DNA of 60,697 bases, the filler included, from Porpidia crustulata (taxonomy: Eukaryota): assembly GCA_964255105.1 (NCBI GenBank). It is 8 parts of 8 records of this genome, joined end to end, with 100 filler letters (N's around TTAATTAATTAA, not from the genome) between each part and the next. Parts side by side here need not be neighbours in the genome. Positions count along the whole stretch, not along the records: positions 7,612 to 15,121 come from CAXUWE010001304.1; positions 15,222 to 22,721 come from CAXUWE010001305.1; 6 more parts are not named here. One strand, written 5' to 3'. The notes under the pieces are model-generated. The model made no database searches and was not told where the DNA came from. It saw nothing but the letters and a program-made list of their open reading frames with translations. Made by a program: the position numbers and the translations under genes. Below, piece by piece: positions 12,443 through 22,821 of this stretch; position 1 is the stretch's first letter; the number at the start of each line of letters is the position of its first letter.

Positions 12443-13469
12443 TCAGGTAGCAATAGATCGATTGTTAGGGTCAGCATTAGGTGCTCCGATCTGAGAACCT
12501 ATATTGGTTCGCAAATCTGCCGATTCGTTCATCCTGGATCGTTTCATAGGGGTATTACCGGTCATGTAGGGACCATCCTCGTGTTGGTGTTTCTTGCCAC
12601 CTAGATCAGCGACAGCCTGAGCGGCAGAAGCTTGCAATTGGCTCACAGCGGACGAACCCATTGGAGCAGTAGGCGCTGGGACGTGTTGAATGGGACCTGA
12701 AGACCGTGGATTTGGGAGCTCAATATTCGATGGCGGTTGCGGATAATCGCCCTGAGATTCTATAAGACGAGACTGGAGACTGATTATGTAGTCCCGTAGT
12801 TGATAATTCTCCGCCTGGAGTGATTTATAGCTTTGGTCGAGTTGGTTGTAATCTTTGACCTGGGCCTCTAGTTGCTTAATGTGCCCTTCTTTCCTCTGCC
12901 TGAAAGCCCGCTATGAAGATGTTAGTAATTAATTTGTCACCCAATTTCGCCAAATTACAATTTTGTCGGAGCCTAACGAACAACAACATCCTGAATCAAA
13001 TGAATCGTCGAGCTACATACCTGAGCTGCTCTATTTTGCGCGGCGCGTTTTGAGGTTGACAATTCTCGTTTGCCACCACCCTTCTTCCCATCGCTGTTCT
13101 CATCGCCTCCACTCTCGCCTGCACTCGCACTCATCATCCCAGTTCCCGCAATGGCAGGATCAATATTATGATCGTGCGCACCATGTGGGCTTGCAGGGCC
13201 TGGAGGATGGGGATTATCGAGTTTATGAGCGGCATGAGGGTTTTGCACCTGAGCAAGCAGATGTTCACGGAGAGCTGACAAGGGACCAGATGTCAGCGCG
13301 ATATCATACTTGAACTGGATATACGAGTTCGAAGTGATTACTCACACTGGTCTGCAGCAGTTTCCTATTCCTGGTAGTCAGCGATTGCACTTCAATGACT
13401 GCTGGGATCGCAACTCACTGGTGCTGGTCGCATTGGATGCGGTGCAGGTGCTAGAGTTGGCTGCATCAT
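12443..13469 (-). CDS. kapC: bZIP transcription factor, KapC-type (4 exons)
   Basis: Exons 13469-13419, 13364-13346, 13274-13021, 12910-12443; N-terminus MMQPTLAPAPHP, NIDPAI motif, bZIP LSTSKRAAQNRAAQRAFRQRKE...LQAENYQLRDYIISLQSRLIESQG. Confidence 0.85.
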
Positions 13470-13873
13470 CAGACAGCTACACCGCGACAAACAAAGCAGG
13501 CCTTGCCAACCGCCCAAGGTCGAAGCGCCTTGATACCTTCCTGGTTTCTGGAGTTCCAAACGCTCCCCGTAGATCCGGCGCTGAGCAAGAGCTAATTGCG
13601 GTGGATAAGAAGCGATTCGAAAAACAAGGAAGCTTCTCAGTATGACACTGAGGTAGCAGCACTTAGTCTAGTATGCGCACGGCAGTTCAACGAAATATTT
13701 CCTGATTGTCGCTGCGATTCACACTCAGTGAATCCTGGCTCGTGAAGCCGAATTAGTAAGCCTGTTCAAGCTTGATTACCTGATCCCGTAGGATCCGAGA
13801 CACTATCAGGGGTTCGCGAATGTCATTGGGCCATAAGCGGCAACGACCAAAAGCACTACATCTACTCATGCAC

Positions 13874-13907
13874 ACCTCTAGTTCGGTCAGACCTCTAGTT
13901 CGGTCAC
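13874..13907. repeat. 17-bp tandem duplication
   Basis: ACCTCTAGTTCGGTCAG followed directly by ACCTCTAGTTCGGTCAC. Confidence 0.9.
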
Positions 13908-14065
13908 GTTAAGCCCTACGACTCGAACGCTGAGAATACATGTTGCGATTCACTCAGATTTGTAATGAGATCACAAGTTTTGTATAAGTTTTAAATTAAT
14001 GCAGAAACTAAAAGACTATCTGGATTTAAATTTATGCATGCACACAATACCAAAAGGTCAACACT

Positions 14066-14137
14066 GCGCTCCTCTCTACAACCTCCTCGCGCTCCTCCCT
14101 ACAACCTTCTCGCGCTCCTCCCTACAACCTTCTCGCG
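14066..14137. repeat. 23-bp tandem repeat x3
   Basis: GCGCTCCTCYCTACAACCTYCTC at 14066, 14089 and 14112. Confidence 0.9.
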
Positions 14138-14215
14138 GTGACAATTGAAGTCCTCACCACGGATGGGGCCATTATATACGCGTCTAGGTAAGGCAGAAGA
14201 CGCGTCAGCTTATCA

Positions 14216-15121
14216 TGTTAGATTCTATATCACGTCGGTTAAGAGACTCAAAGGGCTAGAACGCGTTCTTTGCAATACCCCTGATGGTTCAAGTCCATCT
14301 ATACAGTCATCGGCTGGGGGCTAGACATAGCGTTGGAAGGCCGGTTAAAAGCTACCAGAGACGAATCGTTAATACCGGCCTCAGAGACATATCATTAATA
14401 CCAGTTCTTCACCTTTTGGGGGTTCAAGTCCTTCCTTGCAGTCATTAGCTGAAAGCGGAAAGAAGTTTCTGATACGGGTACACTCTGAGCGTCGACACGA
14501 GCACACTCTGGTAAAGAAGGGATCTAAGAGATCTGAAACAGGCTGGGTCGCGCCCGGCTACAGACAGGGGAACTGGCTTATAAAAACCACCCGATCAGTG
14601 GCTACTACGTGTCGACGCCGTAGGCCGAAACTGGTCTCTACCAGTGAATGCGTTAGTCTGCTAGCTACTGAACAGGGCACCCTTGGGGATCGTGGACTAC
14701 TGTATGTAAGGAACTTGTTAATATCGATCTCTATCCCTCCTGGGAGTTCAAGTCTCTCTACACAGTCACCAGCTGGGAGCGGATTGATGGGGGTCGACAC
14801 AGGCACCACCGAACATACAGTATAGCGTTCTTTGGTTAGTAGGGTGGAAACGCTGCACCACACCGCTTGGCAAAGGGCGCGGTTGTTAGCAATCCCTGCG
14901 AGACACGGTCGGCCTGACTGAGGGAGACCTCTGACGGCAACGCGAAGCGAGGGTTTTATAACCTTGTGGGGCGTGGTGTTCAATGGCGGCCACAGTGAGA
15001 CCGTCTGTTCAGCTCAAGAGGACAGTATGCGCGTGTTGGTATACCGAGAGTCAAGAGAACAATCTACCTCTAAGAGGACCTGCGGCGGAGCAGAGAGCAA
15101 GCCAAAGTGGTATTACACCTA
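14216..15121 (+). ncRNA. Putative highly structured non-coding RNA or repeat element (truncated by contig end) with three copies of a T-loop three-way-junction motif
   Basis: 43-nt motif at 14278-14320, 14413-14455 and 14737-14779 with covarying stems; many further hairpins; no credible ORF; begins TGTTAG (LTR-like start). Confidence 0.55.
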
Positions 15122-15221
15122 NNNNNNNNNNNNNNNNNNNNNNNNNNNNNNNNNNNNNNNNNNNNTTAATTAATTAANNNNNNNNNNNNNNNNNNNNNNN
15201 NNNNNNNNNNNNNNNNNNNNN

Positions 15222-15680
15222 TGCTTCATAGCCCTAGGCTGCATAAGCACGTAAAAATGAAGTAATAAAAAAAATACTGTTCAACATTATTTAACGGGAT
15301 GTATTTTCTTATTACAGATATCGTCATTTTAAACAAATTATACATTCGAAGAAGTCGGACCGAGCACGATATGTCTGTGTTATTGGTCTGTGCAGCGATC
15401 AAGACGTTAAGAATTCATTCTTCTCGCTTATTCAGAAACGCTTTCGAAATTTAACACGCTCTAAGATTTTACATGCATACATTCACTTACACCGTTCTCA
15501 GACGTAACGATAACAGAATAAAATACGCTGAATTCTCAGATTATTTATTAAAACGTTTCGATAAACCAACAAGAAGATTCCGTTCTCCAATGAAAGGCTT
15601 TACGTATGAGGTCTATTCATGGAGATCCGCTTTATTCGTGAATCCAGGGCGTTGGGTATATTCATGACCATGGTACAATT
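15222..15680. repeat. AT-rich, possibly RIP-degraded repeat relic at contig start
   Basis: Visibly more AT-rich than the flanking genes, no credible ORF, at a contig edge. Confidence 0.3.
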
Positions 15681-15909
15681 TACTCTTATGCACCTTCCAA
15701 GGGAAGCTCAAAATTATTGAATTGTTTACAACTGCTTAGCCCTACAACCTCCCAAGTATCTAGATCATGAGGGAAGTATATTCACCATAAATGTACCTAG
15801 GATAAGGTAGATAAGACATTGTGTGCAAATTCAGCACTCGACACCCATTATGAGATTCAATCATGTGAACTTCCAAACCTACGGCTACCGCGTTCATCAC
15901 GGTGCTGCG

Positions 15910-16559
15910 ATGGCTAGTGGCTGCGATGTCTGTGCAGTTTCAACCGCAAGATACACGTGCCCATCATGTCAAGCCCAGTAGTAAGAACGCCCTAAGATGC
16001 CGTCGAAGGCGAAGCTGACGATGCCAGTTGCTCGGTTGAATGCTATCAGAAACATAAAGAAGCACATGTAGATGGTCAAGTAACCTTGGTGCTTGGCGAT
16101 ACAGATTCGGCGCTTCCTCTAGAGCCCATGCGAGTGAGTCTCGAGGACGAAATCAAGGACAAATATATGCCAACAGCGACTGCTTTCACAAGCTTAGAAT
16201 CATCGCCAGCGCTTCACGGCATGCTTTCGATGCACCCCCAGCTCCTGGCACAGCTCCAAACGATTTATAACGCAACTCTCGAACCTTTGTCTGATAGCCA
16301 AAAGGATGAGCATATGAGAATTTGTCAGATTGATCACGGAGGTGGACGGGTAAGGGGTCGAGGGAGAGGCAACATAAGAGGGAGCAGACCTTCTTGGACT
16401 CCGCAGAGGGGTCAAAGGCTCGCTCTCTCGCAGATAAGGCAGATCAAGGCCTGCGAGGGCAATCATGGCGACGGCATCAAAGAATTCTCGCGGCTTGTAA
16501 TGAGACTTATCGACAGCGAGCCATCAGACGAAAAGACTTGGGGTTTGGCGACTATGTAG
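15910..16559 (+). CDS. zf-HIT zinc-finger protein (Hit1/ZNHIT3-like), 2 exons
   Basis: Exon 15910-15980, intron 15981-16027, exon 16028-16559; spliced CDVC-x7-CPSC-x4-CSVECYQKHK HIT-type finger; RGG-rich segment. Confidence 0.8.
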
Positions 16560-16901
16560 AGCCATAACAAGTGTTCATAAAGGTTCAATGCCATGTATTC
16601 CGAATGATCATTGTCTAGTAACATCGAGGTTTCGTTCGTCTACATAATCGAGATGTAAATTTCCGCTGATACGGAATCTTAGGTACTGCTTTATACACTT
16701 AACTGAGTCCATAGATGGTTTTCCAATGTAGAATGTTGGTATTTACGCTCGCTGATAGTACAATTCTCGCCCGCCACATCCATCAGGCTTAGCATATGAA
16801 TTAGCGGTAGGGTCTCGCCACATTGGTCACCACTGCGTCCTGCCGATTACCAAGGTCGTCAAAGTTCAACCGCTTATCCCTCGACCCATATAGAACAACC
16901 A

Positions 16902-19900
16902 TCATCGCTGGAACCAATTGAATTTTCGCCTGGTTTCCCCGGTACCAGGTCCCTCTATTTGTATACTTCGTTCGTAAAGCTCCTTGCAGACGTGCGTTAG
17001 GGCCTGATATGGGTAACAAAATGGTAAATACATCAAGGCCAGACACAAAGCTGTACTAGGCTGAAGCGCGGACGCGGTAAATTGGATAAAAATCCCACAA
17101 AGTAAATCTGGAGGAACTCACGTCATCATCTTTGGAAATTTTTCCTTCCAGCACTAGGCGTTGCAATTCTTCGTTTCGAGATATTGTTGGGTAGGGTGTT
17201 CCTTGGCTCTTCTGGATTTCTACAATCACTTCTCCCATGACCTCGAATTTCTTCCAATTGACGCGCCCACCCTCCTCTCCTACCAGCGTTTTGTTTCCTT
17301 CCTCCGCGAAAACGAGATCCCTTCGGTGGAGCGGTAGAAAGGGAATACGCTCCGAAGAAGTGTTGCTCCACGCTAATCGGTACGCGAAGTGGCTCTTTGC
17401 CGTTCCCATGAGGATCTCGAGGCGCATGAATTGCTTCTGAGCTTGTGACGAAACCAGCTCCCTAGTCTGGACCAGGCGGTGTACAGCTGTGCCGTTGATT
17501 CCGGCTATCACAGCGCCCAGAGAGTTATAGTTATTTAAGTAACGCAATTTCTGAGCGCTTGCAGTCAGCTTGAGACATCGAGCCAGGATTGCCATCTTTG
17601 TCTTACCCACGCGACTCCCATGAACTTTTCCAAAGCCTTTGCTCGGTGTTTAGCTTTGTCGCGGAGAAGTATCATATTAGCGACCCAGAAGGCAATGTGA
17701 TTGAATTGGTTAATCATCCGATCTACGTTTTCGAGGCTTCTGCATTTCTCCTTTTGATCTGCGGGAAGGATCACGTGTCGTACAAGGTCGCGAGGCTTAA
17801 TGGAAAGAAACATGATCCAATCGATCCGCGTCAGTTCGCTAGCAATATCGTCGTCAGACATGTCCATCATTTGGTGCCATTGAACCTTAGTCAGAGTATG
17901 CCGTGGTGCAGGAGTTAAAAGCTTCGCTTGGCGCTGAGAATTCTCCACTGAATTGAGAAGCGTCTGGAACGAGCCAGTGGATTGACTTGCAGACCTTTCA
18001 GCACTGGAAGAAGTAGACGGCGTCGCTGAGCTCCTAGTCGATTGACGCCTTATCCCTTGATCGGGACTCGGCTCACTGCTGGCATCTTCTATGGACGACT
18101 CAGCAGTGATGGTCGAAGCTACCTGTCGAGTAGAAAACCGGCTGATAGAGCTCTCGGCAGTGCTAGCCCTGCTTCTCTTGCTATCTGAAAATGCCCACTT
18201 TGTATCGTCGTCCTCGAATACAGTGTCCAGGTGCAAAATCATCTCCTTGCTAGCTACAGCGAACACCCTATTGCCTGCCAAGCCCGCGATGAAACTTGCC
18301 ATTTTTTGTTTAGTCAAGGCGTGCGCGAAGTCGCCTGGGTAGTCAGAGATCCACTGCGCAAGGATGTTAAGATACCGCAGTTGGGATGAGATACGTAAAA
18401 TTTGCAGATCCTCGCTTTGATCAAGCCGCTCAAAGCGATTTATGATCGCTGACATCAGGTCCAAAGGAGCAGCAAATTTTCGATATAAACAGAGAAAGAT
18501 AGCTGCAAATTTGGTATCCAGTTTTGACGTTGGCTGTGATAAGAGCCGATCAACCAGGTCATCAAACGAGACGCCCACTTCTTTGATTCCGTCTTGGCTG
18601 GATTGCGAAACATCATTACTTACTTTGTGGATTGTCTGTATGCCTTCGACATTCTCTGCATCAACATGTTCTACATTCAAAAAGGAGCTAGCAATATCAG
18701 GAAATATCTCAGCTGGAGGGCGGGACCTTTCAGGAATTTGAGAGGCGATGGGCTCGTCATCGCCTTGGGTTTGAGATACTGGACAACCTCTTGGTACATC
18801 CTTATTGCTGGAATTCGATGGTGATTTCGCTATTGTAACGTTGGGGTAAGGGAATGAGACGCGAGGTTGTGATGAAAGTCCTCGAGCGTCGGTTGCTATC
18901 ACCTGTGGAGCCCAGCTGTGAACACTATCGATTGAAGGCAGAGCTTCGACAAGGTTGGGTCTTTTAGCACAACCAGTTGAGGTCGGTAGCTCGGACACAG
19001 CCCGATTATGTTTATTCTTACAGAGAGTACTGGTCCTGCCTTGCGTATGGGTATGGGTGAGAGCGCGGATTCGTGGAGGGCGAACACCTATTGGTGTTCT
19101 TTTTGCTTCTTAATGATTAGGATAATAACGCAAGTCACTACAGTTGATTCGCCACAGGTAAAAGAAGGTTTTCCGTGATTGCGAAGCACACAGAAATCAA
19201 GAAAAAAGGGGTAAGACTCAGGCTAAAGTAGAATGATGCCATACATGAGGAGACTTACCAGCTCTTTCCAACATGACATTTCTCAATATTACCGACAAGC
19301 AGCGTTTATGGGATTCCGGTACCACTGAGGACGTTTGGAAAGATTCTAATCCATCCAAGACTGTCCACATGCCATCTACCGTTTGATGCTCAACCTCCCA
19401 TAGATCTGGGTTTATGTCGCATTTAGTGGAAACCAGGACGATCGGTACAGCAACATTGGAAAACGCCTCTAATTAGTAGACGGCAAAGTAAGCAATCTAA
19501 CTATCGCAAAAGACTGTTGATACAGTGAATCATGAGTTCTTTGTCGGCATTGAAGAGGCCGCCAAACTTAAGAGAGCAATGAAATTTCCACACAATAAGA
19601 GAGTCAAAATCTGGCAGACTTACTTTGTAGGTCAGGCACCTGAGCTATACTGCGTTGATCCGTGACATCATACAGCAACAAGACACCGTCCATTCGTGGC
19701 GTGGCTTGGTCGCCTACTGTCTCCGGCCATTCTATCTCATGGGTTCTAGTGATCTCCACTTGGTCGATAGGAAGCTCGATCAGACGTAGAACAGAAGTTA
19801 CACCTTCCAATGAAACCTTCTTTATTGAGGCTGGCAGAACCGCGGGTCTCTTCAAATCCAAGGCACATTGTACAAATGTTGATTTCCCAACATTTGCGGC

Positions 19901-20304
19901 ACCTAGAACTCCAAGGGTTACCTCCTGCATTCCCTCTACATTTTCACCCTTTGAGCCCATTAGCGTTGGCATATAAGGTACGAATCTCGCACTGGGAAAG
20001 GAAGACTTACAAGCTCCTTTCCCCCAGGAGGGATGGCCTCGGACCTGGGTGTGGAAACCAGTTGCGATGGTAGAGACCTATCAGCTGGCGTGATATCTCC
20101 GGTTTCCTTCGGGCTCGAATCTAACCGATTCCTGGGGGTTTGCCCTCTTTTACTCTGCTGCTGTGGTGTGATTTGTGCAACCAAGGGAGCAGATTTCACG
20201 CGCTCTTGAAGCAGTGGTCGCCCTTGTGAAGGACCATATGTTTCCCGCGAAGCTCCTGGGACCTCCCCATAGGATCTCGTCTTTTTGGACTTCCTCGAAT
20301 CCAT
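16902..20304 (-). CDS. RasGEF (REM + CDC25 domain) protein with N-terminal Ras-like domain, multi-exon
   Basis: Exon 1 20304-20011; next exon has P-loop GAANVGKST; later VSTKCD; REM (FDDLVDRLL...FLCLYRKF); CDC25 domain (IASELTRIDW, LNNYNSLGAVIAG, IPFLPLHRRDL, VNWKKF); last exon ELYERSIQIE...KFNWFQR*. Confidence 0.85.
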
Positions 20305-21448
20305 TATAGATAAAATGTCTGCATTGTGCAGCGCACTTTATGTTCAATTATTGATACAGCTACCTTCTGATTTTTGGAAAATACTGCGCGTTCTCTGGAG
20401 ACGCAAAGCGCACCGCGTCGAGCCTTTGCTCCTTCCCTGCAGCCAGCACAGGTGCAAAGGCATGAGGCAGCATTGGAGAGCTTATGGCTGGAGATGTCCG
20501 TGCTGATATATCTCAGCAAGGGGATACCAGACCAATGTTGGAATGATAACGAGAGTGCTGTCATGGGAAGCGCTCCTGTGAAGTCAGTGCGTAAAATTCA
20601 GTCTAAACATGCCAGTAATTTAGAGTAGCGGAAGCGATGGGAAGCGCTGGTTTAGGCTATCAAGTAAGCACGGTAAGGTATGGATTAAGGTAGGTAGACT
20701 CCACATGCTAAGTGCCACAGGGGGTGCCAAAAGTCATTGGACTTCCTACGGATACTATCGAAAGCACTAATTCCTAGCTGAATGAGAGTATGTTTTCACG
20801 GAAGAACTACGGACGCGCATCCTGATGCCATGATGCTGTGTTTACCTACCTTCTAAAGCTGGAGTGAATCAATTAACTCGGATTTGTGATGGTTGTATTC
20901 GATGTCTTTGGTGACATGGGGGATACCTCGGCATGCTCAGTAACCCTTGAGCCGCTTATGGAGTCCAATGACTCCTGGAAACACGTGTGCCTCACAGCCT
21001 TGTAAGATACCTACCTTAGGTAATATGTTTCTTCTTTGAGCTTAGTGGTACGTTTGGCTTGTAGGTACCTTACCGTAACACCATTTCAGAGCTCTCGATT
21101 ATGCAGCACAATCCATATCTGATTTGGCTATTATTGAGTCGGACTATTATTTTCCATGACTCCGTTCAGTTTTGATTCATGTTACAAACAGGACCATAAC
21201 TCGTAGTTCAGGTATCCTCCAATGAGATGGTGAGTGAGAGCAAGGGGCCTGGGCGCTTCTGACAACCTAACCGCCAAATTTTCCCACCATTCCGCACCCC
21301 GTATCCGCGGACCCGTGTCCTAGTCACAAGACCCAGGCGGAAGCCCAATTTTATCTATATAGGGGTCTCATTTAGTCCTTCGCTTACTCGTTCTGCACGG
21401 AGATGATGCAACTCTTAAAGACTCTTTTCAAGAGACCGCGCTGCCAGG

Positions 21449-22348
21449 ATGCAAAATGGTGACCAACATTGTCATGAAGTCAGATGTATGACCTCCCTTC
21501 AGTCCAAGGGTGCCACTGTTGCTGACGGTGTTGGCCAGACTAAGCTGCCCTTCCGGTCAAAGTCGCATCCTCTTCGCGATACTCGAACATCGGGCCTATT
21601 GGATAGACAGGCTGAGGCCTTTAATCCGGATGATTTATGTACAAGACTTGAAGCACTCCGCCGAGATCTTCGTCAACAGCATAGGCGACGTCGTGAAGAC
21701 GCTGAGAAGCCAAGAAGATCCGAGACTTATCATCATGTTCCTCAAGTTGCGGCAAGGGACTTTGCCAAAACTACTACGCCTCACAAGCTAAGAGACAAGG
21801 ACATTCACAAGCTTTCACGGTCTGTCCTTAAAAAGTACAAGCTTGGTTCTGGGTCCAAGACTTCAACTACAGATGAGCCGCCAAAGCAATTTAGCAATGC
21901 CCGCGAAAGCATGGATGTGCTAGCAGAGCGCAACCAATTCCAACGTACTCAAGCATTAGAATCAGCGGCATGTGCCGACAAGGCTAGAAGCTTAGCTATG
22001 AGCAGGCCCCATGACATTCCACACCTCTTGGTGTCATCGAATCCTCATGCCGGTAATAGTCGCTCAATCGGACCGGCAGAAGTAAGCGAGCTGGCTATGT
22101 GGGACCCCGATATTGAGTGCTGCAAACCTTTGATCTATCGCCCCGAGGATAGGAACGATTGGACGCAAAGAGACGACTTTGAAGAGGACGAACGGCATGT
22201 CTTGAAGGACTTGGTGGGTCCCTTCTTGAGGAGACTAGCGAAGAATTCTACCCCTGAAGAGACGACCTGTGATAGTACTGTGGATCTTTCGAATAAGCAA
22301 CCTCAAGGGTTCCGAGCATCACGTCGAAGATTTAGTTTTTTTACGTAG
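21449..22348 (+). CDS. Hypothetical protein (299 aa; true start uncertain)
   Basis: 900-bp open frame with protein-like composition; no recognisable domain. Confidence 0.6.
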   Translation: MQNGDQHCHEVRCMTSLQSKGATVADGVGQTKLPFRSKSHPLRDTRTSGLLDRQAEAFNPDDLCTRLEALRRDLRQQHRRRREDAEKPRRSETYHHVPQVAARDFAKTTTPHKLRDKDIHKLSRSVLKKYKLGSGSKTSTTDEPPKQFSNARESMDVLAERNQFQRTQALESAACADKARSLAMSRPHDIPHLLVSSNPHAGNSRSIGPAEVSELAMWDPDIECCKPLIYRPEDRNDWTQRDDFEEDERHVLKDLVGPFLRRLAKNSTPEETTCDSTVDLSNKQPQGFRASRRRFSFFT

Positions 22349-22821
22349 CTCGAACCACAGTTATCATAGCTGTATCATCCTCCTAGGTTGAATAACGGAC
22401 GTCATGGGTCTAGTACTAGGAAATTGTAATATACCTGCGGCTTCATATTAACCCGTCGTTTTCAGATTGTCTGTCCGTTACGGCTGACTGTTATATTCAT
22501 TCACTCTTTATCTCAACTTCTAAACGTGTTAAGTCCGACTGAGTTTCCGTAAATTTATTAAATTCGTTATTTCATTTTATTTTATACAGTCTAGAATCAT
22601 AGAACACGATATTATTTTATATAATTTAATTTAATATATTTATATGTTAAGCTAAAAGGGCAGCCGCTGTTACGGCCATACCCACCATATCTAGTAGTAT
22701 TGGACCAAGTCTTCCAACTTGNNNNNNNNNNNNNNNNNNNNNNNNNNNNNNNNNNNNNNNNNNNNTTAATTAATTAANNNNNNNNNNNNNNNNNNNNNNN
22801 NNNNNNNNNNNNNNNNNNNNN

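Noticed and set aside
14215..14320. tRNA gene(s) suggested by the GGTTCAAGTCC B-box/T-arm
   Set aside because: No clean 7-bp acceptor stem, D-arm or anticodon arm; the T-arm is followed by a separate hairpin inside a closing stem, which is not a cloverleaf.
14300..14779. Hammerhead ribozyme on the minus strand (CCGATGA / CTAATGA / CTGGTGA resemble CUGAUGA)
   Set aside because: Every copy breaks the core, there is no stem II followed by GAAA, and the G-U pairs favour the + strand fold.
14880..15045. Group I (IE) intron core (AATCCCTGCGAG, GGCAACGCG)
   Set aside because: Only loose resemblance; I could not build a P7 with the bulged G-binding site, and there are no rRNA flanks.
22668..22721. 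LTR start (TGTTACGG) after an AT-rich tract at the contig end
   Set aside because: Only 54 bp are visible; too little to call.
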